NCBI GenBank assembly: GCA_030920305.1
Contig: JARLUB010000004.1
Location: forward strand, 43,558-107,557
Length of the DNA: 64,000 nt
Origin: Eubacteriales bacterium SKADARSKE-1
GTDB lineage: Bacteria > Bacillota > Clostridia > Oscillospirales > Acutalibacteraceae
Reading direction: 5' to 3'
Part shown: piece after piece, positions 45,730 to 56,004 of the stretch
Layout of the letters: every line of letters starts with the position of its first letter
Position numbering within the stretch: position 1 is the first letter of the stretch
Position numbers and translations under genes: made by a program
The notes under the pieces: generated by a model
Told to the model about the DNA's origin: nothing
What the model saw: the letters and a program-made list of their open reading frames with translations, nothing else
Database searches by the model: none

Positions 45730-48111
45730 ATGGCAAACGTATGTAATAATATAAAAAGATATATGCCAGACCCTAAGGTAGGGCTTTCTTTAAATCAAGT
45801 TCAATCAAGAATTTGCGACAATTTAGTAAATACTGATTCGTCAATTCCAACAAAGACAATTCCAACTATTATTAAAAATCATTTATTTACACTATTTAAT
45901 TTAATAAACTTTATTTTAGCAGCAGCTATTATTTATGTTGGATCTTATAAGAATTTATTATTTATGGGAGTTGTGGTTTCAAACTTAATTATAGGGGTTT
46001 ATCAAGAAATTCGAGCAAAAAGAACAGTTGATAAACTTTCTATAGTTTCATCAACAAAAATTATAGCCAAAAGGGCTGGGAAGGAAGTTCCTATTGGTAT
46101 AAATGATATAGTTCTCGATGACATAATTTTGCTAAAATCAGGAGATCAAGTCCCCTCAGATTGTAAGGTAATGAGTGGAGAATGTGAAGCAAATGAATCT
46201 TTGCTAACTGGTGAATCGGACGCGGTTTGTAAAAAAAATGGAGACATGCTTTTATCGGGGAGCTTTTTAGTTAGTGGTTATTGTGGTGCAAAAGTAGAAC
46301 ATATAGGCGATGATAATTATGCTTTTACAATATCTAAAGATGCTAAATACTTAAAAAAAGTAAACTCAGAAATTTTAAAAACATTCCAAAGAATTATTTT
46401 GATACTTTCAATCTTAATAATACCAATAGGAACCCTTTTGTTTATGAAGCAATTTGATAATAATAGAACTTTTGAAGATGCAGTAATAAATACTACGGCA
46501 GCAATTATTGGTATGATACCAGAGGGCTTAGTTTTGCTTACTAGTACGGTTTTAGCAGTGAGTGTTGTAAGACTTGCAAGGCAAAAGGTTTTGGTCCAGG
46601 AATTGCATTGCATTGAAACTTTAGCAAGAGTAGACACTCTTTGCCTTGATAAAACAGGAACCTTAACAGAAGGTATTATGGAAGTTAGTAAAATTGTACC
46701 CATGAACCAATTTAACAAAGAGGATATGCAAGGGGCCATTTCCGCTCTTTCAGGGGTTTTATCTGATGATAATCCAACAATTAGTGCACTAAAACAAGGA
46801 TTTTTAAAAAAAGCAAAAAAGGAAAAGTTAGTAGCGCAAACGACTGTCCCTTTTTCGTCAGAAAAAAAATGGTCTGGAGCTTATTTTGAAAATCAAGGTA
46901 GTTATTTATTGGGAGCAGCTGAATTTATATTAAAGGATAATATTAACGAAATTGAAGAGGATTTAAATAAATATAACCGTGAAAATCGTGTAGTTGTTTT
47001 AGCGCATTCAAAAAACAACTTTAAAGACTGCAACTTACCTGATAATATTGAAGTTATGGGTTTTATTTTGCTTAAAGATAAAATTCGAAAAGAAGCCAAG
47101 GAAACACTTAAATATTTTAAAGAACAAGATGTTGATATTAAAGTTATTTCAGGAGATAATGTTTTAACAGTTTCAAATGTGGCAAAAAGAGCTGGGCTTG
47201 AATCTTTTGATAGTTATATTGATTTTTCAAAAATTAAAACGGTTGAAGAGTTAAAACAAGCTGCAAATAAGTATTCCATTTTTGGAAGGGTCACGCCGGC
47301 TCAGAAGAAAGAATTAATTTGTGCACTTAAAGAGAATGGACATACTGTTGCTATGACAGGTGATGGAGTAAATGATGTTTTAGCCTTGAAAGAAGCCGAC
47401 TGCAGTGTAGCAATGGCATCTGGTAGTAGTGCTGCGAAAAATGTTTCGCAACTTGTGCTGTTAGATTCAAATTTTGATGCAATGCCAAAAGTGGTAGCTG
47501 AAGGCAGACGTTCTATAAATAATATTCAAAGATCATCCTCTTTATTTTTAGTGAAAACAATTTATTCGACCTTATTAGCACTTGTTTTTTTGTTTTTGCA
47601 TATGTCATACCCATTTAGACCAGTGCAAATGACATTGACTAGCGTGTTTACAATAGGAATTCCGGCGTTTATTTTGGCGCTAGGCCCAAATAAAGAACGG
47701 ATTCATGGAAATTTGTTTGCCAATATTATAAGCCGCGCAATGCCCTGTGCACTAACTATTGTTACTAGCATTTTATTAATTATGGCGGCAACAAACTTTT
47801 TTAATTCAAATCACAGCCAAATTTCAACGTTATGTGTTATATCGGCTGGATTTAGCGAATTTTTATTACTTTTTAAAATATGTCAGCCCTTTAATATTTT
47901 AAAAAAGATTTTATTTGCACTTATGTGTTTAGGTTTTATTATAGGAATTACACATTTTAAAAGCTTTTTCTCTCTTTCAGATCCGTCTTTCCATATGGCT
48001 TTAGCAGCAGCAGCAGTTATATTATTAGATGTAATTTTATTTTATGGTCAGTTAAATGTATCTAGAAGGGTAATTCGTTTTATGCGTAATCTAAAAGCTA
48101 AAAGAATGTAA
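45730..48111 (+). CDS. Cation-translocating P-type ATPase (HAD-IC family, substrate unknown)
   Basis: Contains CLDKTGTLTEG, MTGDGVNDVLALKEAD, IPEGLVLL and TGESD. Confidence 0.9.
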   Translation: MANVCNNIKRYMPDPKVGLSLNQVQSRICDNLVNTDSSIPTKTIPTIIKNHLFTLFNLINFILAAAIIYVGSYKNLLFMGVVVSNLIIGVYQEIRAKRTVDKLSIVSSTKIIAKRAGKEVPIGINDIVLDDIILLKSGDQVPSDCKVMSGECEANESLLTGESDAVCKKNGDMLLSGSFLVSGYCGAKVEHIGDDNYAFTISKDAKYLKKVNSEILKTFQRIILILSILIIPIGTLLFMKQFDNNRTFEDAVINTTAAIIGMIPEGLVLLTSTVLAVSVVRLARQKVLVQELHCIETLARVDTLCLDKTGTLTEGIMEVSKIVPMNQFNKEDMQGAISALSGVLSDDNPTISALKQGFLKKAKKEKLVAQTTVPFSSEKKWSGAYFENQGSYLLGAAEFILKDNINEIEEDLNKYNRENRVVVLAHSKNNFKDCNLPDNIEVMGFILLKDKIRKEAKETLKYFKEQDVDIKVISGDNVLTVSNVAKRAGLESFDSYIDFSKIKTVEELKQAANKYSIFGRVTPAQKKELICALKENGHTVAMTGDGVNDVLALKEADCSVAMASGSSAAKNVSQLVLLDSNFDAMPKVVAEGRRSINNIQRSSSLFLVKTIYSTLLALVFLFLHMSYPFRPVQMTLTSVFTIGIPAFILALGPNKERIHGNLFANIISRAMPCALTIVTSILLIMAATNFFNSNHSQISTLCVISAGFSEFLLLFKICQPFNILKKILFALMCLGFIIGITHFKSFFSLSDPSFHMALAAAAVILLDVILFYGQLNVSRRVIRFMRNLKAKRM

Positions 48112-48167
48112 CTTATAAAAGGATAGGAAAGTTATTTGCTTATTTTATAAATAGTATTTTCAATTTT

Positions 48168-48232
48168 AAAAACTCGAGTGGTCCACTTTCGTGCCATTTT
48201 ATTAGCACTTTCGTGGGGCGCTCGAGTTTTTT
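48168..48232 (-). repeat. GC-rich intergenic element, copy D (reverse orientation); a probable bidirectional terminator between convergent genes
   Basis: Sequence is aaaaactcgag tggtccactttcgtgcc attttatt agcactttcgtggggcg ctcgagtttttt. Confidence 0.75.
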
Positions 48233-48284
48233 AAAATTAGCAACAAAAAAGCAAAGCTATGTTTATATGTAAAAATTTTTGTAC

Positions 48285-50651
48285 TTAGCAGCTGAGTTTT
48301 TTTAATTTTTTAAATTTAAAATAATAGGATAATAGCAAATAAGTTATACATACAAAAAAACTTATAGCGCTTATTATAACACCTAAAATTAGACCGGGAG
48401 CGATGTAATAAAACTTAATAGTACTGTCTTTTTTAGCAGGAACCTTTACTGCCATAAATCCTATATTTACCTTTTCTATTTTCTCGGATTCATCGTTTAC
48501 AAAAGCTTTCCACCCTTTTTCATAGGGAATACTAAAAAATACTAATTTGTCTTTTTTACTTTTGTTTTCTATTTTTGCAGTAAACCCGAATTTATCATAA
48601 TTAAAAAAATAACAACTGTTGTTTTTTCTATTGATACAGTCTTCAAAATAAGAATCATTTGAATATTCAAGCTTATCTATATTTTCAATGTGTTTCATCA
48701 TGTAGGAATATTTTTGTTCTTGGCTTTTATCTAAAACGATAGCCTTTAATAATAATAGATGTCGATTTTCTATATTTGTATTTTTATATTGCTCTTTTGT
48801 AATATAGTTTTCATAAGTAAACCCATATGGAATAAAATATTCATTTTGCCATATATCAAAATTATTTTGTGTATCAAAGTATTTCCATCCCGGCATAAGA
48901 GTTTTATCAAAATGATTATCTTTATCTTTATAATCAAACAGCCACCTGCAAGAAGTTAAACCACGAACTCCAAAAACGTTAGTGTCTGGGTTTGACTTTA
49001 CATATCTATCAACACCAATGCTTGGATAAAACTCCATTATTGATCCCGGAACAATAGTGTGAAATGCCTGAATTGATGGGATGCCCAAAAACATAGCTTG
49101 ATTGTCCATGCCATTAAATATATCTGTACGACAGTTTTGGGTATCTTCTAAACATATATCTTTTTTGCCATTTAAACAATATGGAACCATAAACCCATTT
49201 ACATCATAAGACATTTTTTTCCCAAGATAAATAATAAACAGTGAAGATAGTATTATAGTTACAGATGTAAGACAAATTAAATTTTTAACAAATCCTTTTT
49301 TATTTTGTAGAAAAATAATTATAAATCCTAAACAAAACAAACAAAAAAGAGATATGGCAACGTAAATCCAAAACCTATCAGGGTAATCCATCAGCCCAAA
49401 CTTTATGGACTTGTTATCTTCATCTTCTATAAATTTTGGCATAAACCCTATAAAAAGTGCAACTGCAAGAGTGATTGTAGCTGTTACTTTTATGGCGTTA
49501 AGCCAATTGGTTTCGCTGTTTTCAAGTGCAATTATTGTGGCAAGAGATAACATTAGAGTTAACATATAAAACCATCGGGTATAAAACGCCTGATTAAACG
49601 CTTGAAATGAACTATTTAATATGGGCACAAAGGCCATAAAGATTAATATTAAAATTAAAGTTTTAAGCCAGCTTTTCTTTTTAGTGTTAATATAGGCAAA
49701 TAGCCCAGTTGTACTAAAGAACGGTAGCCAAGCACTAATTGATGACCATTTAGCTTCTGAATGCGGTGTAAAGTTTGATAATGCGGGCAAATCCGGAGGG
49801 AAAAAGAAACTTTCTAAAAGGTGTATGTATCTTTCTTCAAAGGGATATAAAATAGCAGAAAAGCCTAACGGGAAGTCTTTCACTCTAGTGTTTTGCATAG
49901 CGGCTAAAAGTGAAGGAATTAGTAAAATTGAGCTACCTAAAATTCCAAGTATAAATTCAAATAAGATTTTTAATATTTGTTTTTTAGATAGAATAAAGCT
50001 TTTTGTAATTAATCTTACACCTATATATATTATTAAAAACACAGCTTGCCCTACAAAAAAGTAATAGTTCATAATGCAACTTAAAAAAATTGTAAAGCAA
50101 AAAAAACCTTGCCGCTTGTTATGTATTAGTTCGTCAAGAGAATAAAGAATAAGTGGAAAAATTACAATAGCTTCATGGAAATGATTGAAAAATATATTAT
50201 AAATTGAAAATCCGGAAAAGGCATATAAGAGCCCGCCCAATACCGCAAAATCTTTATTTTTTACATATCTTTTTAAATACATATAACTAAAAAGCGAAGA
50301 AAATGAAAACTTCAGCATTAAAAGTGGGCCCATAAGGTAGGGAACCGCTTCATTTTTAAATGGAAGTGTTAACCAAAAGAATGGACTGCCAAGCATATAA
50401 AAGGAATATGAGCCAATAAAGTTTGCACCAAGGTCAGTATTAAAGTCCCAAAATATATTGCCAGATTTAACAGCTCTATGGGCCAGCTGATAAAATGGGA
50501 TTTCCTGAACATTATAATCGCCATAATAAATAAAGTAACCTTTGTTGTATATTATGAATGGAATAAAAAATAAAAAAGAAATTACAAGTCCCAGTGTAAA
50601 AGCTTTTAGAGCATATTTTTTATAAAAAAATTTATATAACTTTTTATACAT
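48285..50651 (-). CDS. YfhO family membrane protein (putative glycosyl-transfer/glycopolymer modification)
   Basis: It is a 788-aa polytopic protein. The N-terminus FIPFIIYNKGYFIYYGDYNVQEIPFY resembles YfhO. Confidence 0.75.
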   Translation of the reverse strand: MYKKLYKFFYKKYALKAFTLGLVISFLFFIPFIIYNKGYFIYYGDYNVQEIPFYQLAHRAVKSGNIFWDFNTDLGANFIGSYSFYMLGSPFFWLTLPFKNEAVPYLMGPLLMLKFSFSSLFSYMYLKRYVKNKDFAVLGGLLYAFSGFSIYNIFFNHFHEAIVIFPLILYSLDELIHNKRQGFFCFTIFLSCIMNYYFFVGQAVFLIIYIGVRLITKSFILSKKQILKILFEFILGILGSSILLIPSLLAAMQNTRVKDFPLGFSAILYPFEERYIHLLESFFFPPDLPALSNFTPHSEAKWSSISAWLPFFSTTGLFAYINTKKKSWLKTLILILIFMAFVPILNSSFQAFNQAFYTRWFYMLTLMLSLATIIALENSETNWLNAIKVTATITLAVALFIGFMPKFIEDEDNKSIKFGLMDYPDRFWIYVAISLFCLFCLGFIIIFLQNKKGFVKNLICLTSVTIILSSLFIIYLGKKMSYDVNGFMVPYCLNGKKDICLEDTQNCRTDIFNGMDNQAMFLGIPSIQAFHTIVPGSIMEFYPSIGVDRYVKSNPDTNVFGVRGLTSCRWLFDYKDKDNHFDKTLMPGWKYFDTQNNFDIWQNEYFIPYGFTYENYITKEQYKNTNIENRHLLLLKAIVLDKSQEQKYSYMMKHIENIDKLEYSNDSYFEDCINRKNNSCYFFNYDKFGFTAKIENKSKKDKLVFFSIPYEKGWKAFVNDESEKIEKVNIGFMAVKVPAKKDSTIKFYYIAPGLILGVIISAISFFVCITYLLLSYYFKFKKLKKLSC

Positions 50652-50757
50652 AAGAAACCCTCTGTTTTTATTTACATTATATTAAACAAAAACAGAAGGT
50701 TTTGTCAGGTTATGTGAGTTTTGTGTCAACTGCACTTTCGAGCATTATTATACATAG

Positions 50758-50788
50758 AAAACCGTACCAAGATAGATGGTACGGTTTT
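50758..50788 (-). terminator. Rho-independent terminator
   Basis: The stem is aaaaccgtacc / ggtacggtttt. Confidence 0.75.
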
Positions 50789-50811
50789 AATTTTAAGTAT
50801 TCTGATGATAA

Positions 50812-51708
50812 TTATACTTTTTTCCATTCTTGATTTTCATATTTAACGGTCATTTCTGAACTCTCTGTTAAATCTAATTCTATAGACTTGCTTCTTGAAT
50901 CACTAAACATTGTACTTGTTTCGATATGTTGTTCAAACCATACAAGAACTTTATCTACCGGCTTTAAAGATGTTTTTCCTAAAACAATAGATTCCTTAGC
51001 AACATAAATTGGAGATGCAATAGGTTTATTGTCACCGCCAGTGCTTATTTGATATAAACCGGGATGAATGCTTCCAAATTCATTGTTTAATGTGATAGAT
51101 GTTTTATCAGGTGAAGTAGATGCAGTTGTAAAAAGACCATTTGCTGTGAGTGTGGTTTGTTCACCTATTCCAATATTTAAAAGATCAGTACTTACTTCTA
51201 CTTTTACAGCATTCTCAAATGTGTTGGAACCAAAGATTTTATATTGTGGGGTCCAAGAAATTTTATTATTTTGTAGGAATGCCTTATCAGCACGCCAGAC
51301 AACATTGTAATCTTCATCTCCAACTTTTTTAGCAAAACAAAGAGAATATTTATTATTTTTTAAATTATTTAGATCATCAGGGTTTATACTTACACGAACC
51401 ATTTTTTCAACAGCCTTTAGGTTATTATAAATAATTGTATCAATTTCATTTTGAAAATTTAAACTGTCGACATCCATATTTGCAAAGGTTCTAACAAATC
51501 TTGATATATTATTTTCTGCATATAGGAAATCATACTTAAATCTGCCTACAAGGGTCCCATTATTGTTGAAAATATTGAACATATCACCAGGTTTATTATT
51601 TTCTCTATTTTCCTCTCCAATATCTACTCTTATGTTATCAAGAAACAACTCTGCCTCCTTTTCAAATTGTATCCCCTTTGTAATGTTTTTAAAAATCATA
51701 AAATCCAC
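50812..51708 (-). CDS. Hypothetical cytoplasmic protein (no signal peptide, family not recognised)
   Basis: It is a long clean ORF with RBS 'aaagggtgg' upstream. Confidence 0.6.
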   Translation of the reverse strand: MDFMIFKNITKGIQFEKEAELFLDNIRVDIGEENRENNKPGDMFNIFNNNGTLVGRFKYDFLYAENNISRFVRTFANMDVDSLNFQNEIDTIIYNNLKAVEKMVRVSINPDDLNNLKNNKYSLCFAKKVGDEDYNVVWRADKAFLQNNKISWTPQYKIFGSNTFENAVKVEVSTDLLNIGIGEQTTLTANGLFTTASTSPDKTSITLNNEFGSIHPGLYQISTGGDNKPIASPIYVAKESIVLGKTSLKPVDKVLVWFEQHIETSTMFSDSRSKSIELDLTESSEMTVKYENQEWKKV

Positions 51709-51941
51709 CCTTTAAATTTTTTATTATAATTCTTGTTGTTCATAAAATTTTCTTATTGCAAGAATTACATTTTCTATTTTATTTACTTTTTTTAAGGATT
51801 ATTACCGATCTTTATAAAATATATTTTAATTTTGTTTCTATTTTACGTTGCCGTATGTTCATACTAATAATGACGATTACAGGTTATAGTAAAAGTATGA
51901 TTACAGAGATTTAATGTAGATGCTATGACCTAAAAGGCAAA

Positions 51942-51986
51942 GTGCACCGCGCAAGTGCTAGCAAAGCTAGCGCGAAAGTGGTGCAC
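51942..51986 (+). repeat. GC-rich intergenic element, copy F
   Basis: Sequence is gtgcacc gcgcaagtgc tagcaaagctagc gcgaaagt ggtgcac. Confidence 0.8.
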
Positions 51987-51993
51987 AATAAAA

Positions 51994-52025
51994 ATGGTTA
52001 AAACAAATCAAGTTGTTTTAACCAT
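51994..52025 (-). terminator. Rho-independent terminator of the acc/fab-like operon
   Basis: The stem atggttaaaacaa / ttgttttaaccat abuts the accA stop codon, with a T-run on the minus strand. Confidence 0.8.
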
Positions 52026-52026
52026 T

Positions 52027-52809
52027 TTAAAATTTTCTAAATTTCTCATATCGCCTATTTAGCATTTCAGAAACAGGCATATTTTTATATTTATTAAGTT
52101 TTTCTAAAATAAGCTTTTTTATATTTTGAGCTACAGATTTTGGGTTTTCATTCATATTTTGTGGCTCTTTAATTATATTGTCAATAATTCCATATTCCAT
52201 TAAGTTGTGAGCTGTGTTTTTAAGTAAAGCAGCGGCTTCTTTTTCGCGGCTGGAATCTTTCCATAAGATATTAGCGCAAGCTTTTGGAGAAATCACTCCA
52301 AAAGTTGAGTTTTCTAGCATGATCATTTCATCTGCTACAGAAATAGCAAGAGCGCCGCCACTTCCTCCAGACCCAATAAATATACTGATTATCGGAACTT
52401 TAAGATACATCATTTCCATTAAATTATTAGCAATGGCAGAGTTTTGCCCGCGCTCTTCCGCAGAATCACCAGGAAATGCACCAATTGTATCAACAAAAGT
52501 GATAATCGGCCTATTAAATTTTTCTGCTTGTTTCATAGCACGAAGAGCTTTTCGGTAGCCCTCAGGGCAATTCATAGAATGATGATAAATTGCATCGTCA
52601 CGAATAGTTTTTCCACGCATTTGCCCAATAATAGTAACCGGAATATTGTTTAGCATACCTATTCCAGTTAAAATTGATTCGTCGTCCCCAAAAAATCTAT
52701 CGCCATGCATTTCTATAAAATTAGAAAATATTAAATTAATATAATCAAGAGCGTTTGGGCGAGTGAAAATAATAGGATTATCTAATGGTTGCTCAACTAT
52801 CTTTTCCAT
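52027..52809 (-). CDS. accA: Acetyl-CoA carboxylase carboxyltransferase alpha subunit
   Basis: Contains ITFVDTIGAFPGDSAEERGQ and IGSGGSGGALAI. Confidence 0.9.
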   Translation of the reverse strand: MEKIVEQPLDNPIIFTRPNALDYINLIFSNFIEMHGDRFFGDDESILTGIGMLNNIPVTIIGQMRGKTIRDDAIYHHSMNCPEGYRKALRAMKQAEKFNRPIITFVDTIGAFPGDSAEERGQNSAIANNLMEMMYLKVPIISIFIGSGGSGGALAISVADEMIMLENSTFGVISPKACANILWKDSSREKEAAALLKNTAHNLMEYGIIDNIIKEPQNMNENPKSVAQNIKKLILEKLNKYKNMPVSEMLNRRYEKFRKF

Positions 52810-54817
52810 AAAATCTCCTCTCGTGAATTTTTAAGATTTTGCTAATTATACCTTTTAACTCATTTTTATCAGCTACAATATCTACCATGCCATGCTTTTG
52901 TGCATATTCTGCCGTTTGAAAAGTATCGGGAAGTTTTTTATTTAACGTTTCTTCAATGATTCTTCTGCCGGAAAACCCAAAAACAGAGCCACTTTCTGCA
53001 ATTATTATGTCCGACAGAGAAGCAAAACTAGCAGATACTCCACCAAGGGTAGGGTTAGTTATAATTGATATATAAAGTAAGCCACAATCACTATGCTTTT
53101 TTACTATTGCGGCGGTTTTAGCCATTTGCAAAAGTGAAAAAATGCCTTCTTGCATACGGGCGCCACCTGAAATGCAAACACCTATAACGGGTAATTGTTT
53201 GTCAATAGCTAATTCAAAAGCTTTTGTAACTTTTTCACCTACAACCCGGCCCATAGACCCCATCATGAAATTGCCATCCATGGCAAAAAACACAACATCT
53301 ACACCCAAAATTTTTGCAGTTCCATATATAACAGCTTCATTTTCAGATGTTGAATTCATAGCGTGATTAAGTTTTTCACTGTATCTTTCAAAATCTATGA
53401 TATCGTGTGAAATCATATCTTTATCATATTCAATAAAACTGTTTTTATCTGTTAGCAAAGCTACTCGTTCTCTTGCTGATATATATTTCTTATTATAAGG
53501 TTTAAATAAATTCATAAAATTTGTATTGTGAGAATGATTTTTAAAAGTTTCGTTGTTTAAAATTTGTTTGTGAGTTTCTATATTTGTGCCAATACCGTCT
53601 ATTTCAAGTTGATTAAGTGCAGATAACATTTTTTTGAAAGCTAATTTTCTTGTGTTGCCATGAACAATTAATTTACCCAATAGTGAATCATAAAACACAG
53701 GGACATTATAGCCTTCATATAAGAAGGTATCGAATCTAGTGCTTTCAGTTTTTGGAATGATTAGCTTTTTTATAATGTTTTCAAAATTAGCATTTTGAAA
53801 ATTGATTCTACATTCAATTGCAAACCCAGAAAATTTTATTTGAGGCTGAGTTATAGGCAAAGGGTTTCCAGCAGCAATTAAAATTTGTAATTTTATTAAA
53901 TTAAGGTTAGTTACCATTTCTGTTATGGCATATTCAACCTGCAGCCGGCAATTCATTTCCATAAAATAAAAAGAGCCGGTACTATCCATTAAAAATTCTA
54001 AAGTGCCAGCACCAACATATCCGGTTTTTTGAATAGCATTTATACACATGCTGAAAAGTTCTTGACGTTTGATATTGTTTATCTTAGCGCAGGGGGTCTC
54101 TTCGATTATTTTTTGATTGTTAACTTGAACAGAGCAATCTCGCTCACCAAGGCACAAAACGTTGCCTTGTTTATCTGCTAACATTTGTACTTCTACGTGG
54201 CTAACCTCTGTCAAATATTTTTCAATATATATTTTATTGCTATTAAAAAAATTTTTTCCTTCATCAACTGCAAAAATAATAGCTTTTTCTAAATCTTCTT
54301 CTGCGTGTACAATTTTAATACCTTTTCCGCCGCCACCGCAGCGAAGCTTTATAATTATTGGATAGCCTATTTTTTTAGCAATGCTCTTTATTTTAGATAT
54401 ATCATTTTCTGCGAATTCACCCGGTATAACTGGAACCCCTAAATTTTTCATAGTTTCTTTTGCAATGATTTTATCGCCCATATTTTTTAATATTTCAGGT
54501 GGTGGGCCAATAAAACAAATATCGTTTTCTTGGCATAAAGCGGCAAATTCATAATTTTCAGATAAAAAGCCGTAACCTGGGTGAATGGCTTGAGCACCAC
54601 AAGCTACAGCTATTGAAACAATGGCTTTCATATTAAGGTAGCTTTCTTTAGCGGGTGATGCGCCAATGCAATAGCTTTCGTCAGCCAACTTTGTATGTAG
54701 CGAATTTTTATCAGCTTCTGAATATACAGCAACGGTTTTGATGCCTAGGGAATGGCAGACTTCTATTATTTTTACTGCAATTTCGCCTCTATTTGCAATA
54801 AGTATTTTAGAAAACAT
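52793..54817 (-). CDS. accC/accD: Fusion protein: biotin carboxylase (AccC) plus carboxyltransferase beta (AccD-like, no N-terminal Zn-ribbon)
   Basis: The N-terminal ~440 aa are MFSKILIANRGEIAVKIIE...GGGGKGIKIV...EMNCRLQVEY. The C-terminal ~230 aa are ARERVALLTD...MGSMGRVVGEKVT...GGARMQEG...GGVSASFA. Confidence 0.85.
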   Translation of the reverse strand: MFSKILIANRGEIAVKIIEVCHSLGIKTVAVYSEADKNSLHTKLADESYCIGASPAKESYLNMKAIVSIAVACGAQAIHPGYGFLSENYEFAALCQENDICFIGPPPEILKNMGDKIIAKETMKNLGVPVIPGEFAENDISKIKSIAKKIGYPIIIKLRCGGGGKGIKIVHAEEDLEKAIIFAVDEGKNFFNSNKIYIEKYLTEVSHVEVQMLADKQGNVLCLGERDCSVQVNNQKIIEETPCAKINNIKRQELFSMCINAIQKTGYVGAGTLEFLMDSTGSFYFMEMNCRLQVEYAITEMVTNLNLIKLQILIAAGNPLPITQPQIKFSGFAIECRINFQNANFENIIKKLIIPKTESTRFDTFLYEGYNVPVFYDSLLGKLIVHGNTRKLAFKKMLSALNQLEIDGIGTNIETHKQILNNETFKNHSHNTNFMNLFKPYNKKYISARERVALLTDKNSFIEYDKDMISHDIIDFERYSEKLNHAMNSTSENEAVIYGTAKILGVDVVFFAMDGNFMMGSMGRVVGEKVTKAFELAIDKQLPVIGVCISGGARMQEGIFSLLQMAKTAAIVKKHSDCGLLYISIITNPTLGGVSASFASLSDIIIAESGSVFGFSGRRIIEETLNKKLPDTFQTAEYAQKHGMVDIVADKNELKGIISKILKIHERRFYGKDS

Positions 54818-54864
54818 TTTGGTTTCACCACCTATACATTGAATATTTAAAAGTCAAATACAGA

Positions 54865-54903
54865 GCCGCTTTCACGCAAACTCTATTTGCACTTTCGCGG
54901 CGC
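54865..54903 (-). repeat. GC-rich element, copy G, lying inside the operon between accB and accC/D
   Basis: The minus-strand reading is gcgcc gcgaaagtgc aaatagagtttgc gtgaaagc ggc. Confidence 0.7.
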
Positions 54904-54910
54904 ATTAATT

Positions 54911-55336
54911 TTAAATTTTACTATATTTAAATAAAGGCTGAGAATATTCAATAATATCACCATTTTTTGCACAAACTTCAGTGATTTCTCCGTCTTCTTT
55001 GGCCTGGATTTCCGTAAAAGTTTTCATAGCTTCTAAAACGCACAGCGTATCGCCTTTTTTAAACTTCTGCCCTTCTTTTACAATGTTTCCTTTATTCATA
55101 TATTCAGTATCATAAAACACCCCAACCATAGGGGACATTATAGTACATAATTCTTTTTGTTCCAAAGTAGTGTTATCAGAACCATTATTTTTATTGGCCC
55201 CTTTTTCTACTCGATATTTTTTAGTATCATCTAATAGCTCAACAGCACTTAAATTATATTTATTTAATACATCAGCTAACTGTTTTAATTTTTTTACATC
55301 TTCTGATATTTTTGCATCCTTTTCAGCTTTATTCAC
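54911..55336 (-). CDS. accB: Biotin carboxyl carrier protein
   Basis: The biotinyl-Lys motif is CVLEAMKTFTEIQA in a C-terminal lipoyl-like domain. Confidence 0.85.
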   Translation of the reverse strand: MNKAEKDAKISEDVKKLKQLADVLNKYNLSAVELLDDTKKYRVEKGANKNNGSDNTTLEQKELCTIMSPMVGVFYDTEYMNKGNIVKEGQKFKKGDTLCVLEAMKTFTEIQAKEDGEITEVCAKNGDIIEYSQPLFKYSKI

Positions 55337-55374
55337 TTTAAATCACTTCCCAACTAAAGATACATAATTTAAAA

Positions 55375-56004
55375 TTATACTTTTAGATATGATTTATATT
55401 TACTAGCTAAAAGATAATGATTTTCATTTAATAAAAGTTCAAATTGCTTTAATATATTACAACAAAGCATATTTTTACTAATATCTTTTCCAGTTTCCAG
55501 TTTTATAGAAGTTGCAATTTTTTTAATGCTATCATCAAATTCGGTTTTATCATTATTTACATTTACTCCAATGCCGACTATTACGTAATTAAGATTTTCG
55601 CTTATACAATTAGTTGCAGCTTCAATTAATGTGCCGCAAACCTTTTTATTATTTATTAATATATCGTTTGGCCATTTTATAAAAGCGTTAATATTAGCAG
55701 TTTCTTTTATTGCCTGGGCAACTGCCAAAGGTGTAATCATAGAAAGAAATTTTAAATCTAAATTAGTATTTTTTAAAACAATTGAAATGTAAATGCCAAC
55801 ATCTTTTGGCGAATAAAAAACACTTGAACCTTTTCCTCGGCCGTGGGTTTGATGCTCTGCAATTATGATAGTATTATTATCGCACATATTATTTGAAATA
55901 AGATCTTTTGCAGCGTTGTTAGTAGAGTCAGTTTCTTTTAAATATATTATTTTCTTAAAACTACTTGTTGCTGATTGCAGCAGAGGAATATTGTAACCAT
56001 TCAT
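55375..56004 (-). CDS. birA: Short biotin--protein ligase-like protein (catalytic domain only)
   Basis: Contains IIIAEHQTHGRGKGSSVF and KWPNDILINNKKVCGTLIE. It overlaps the fabD 3' end by 44 nt. Confidence 0.7.
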   Translation of the reverse strand: MNGYNIPLLQSATSSFKKIIYLKETDSTNNAAKDLISNNMCDNNTIIIAEHQTHGRGKGSSVFYSPKDVGIYISIVLKNTNLDLKFLSMITPLAVAQAIKETANINAFIKWPNDILINNKKVCGTLIEAATNCISENLNYVIVGIGVNVNNDKTEFDDSIKKIATSIKLETGKDISKNMLCCNILKQFELLLNENHYLLASKYKSYLKV

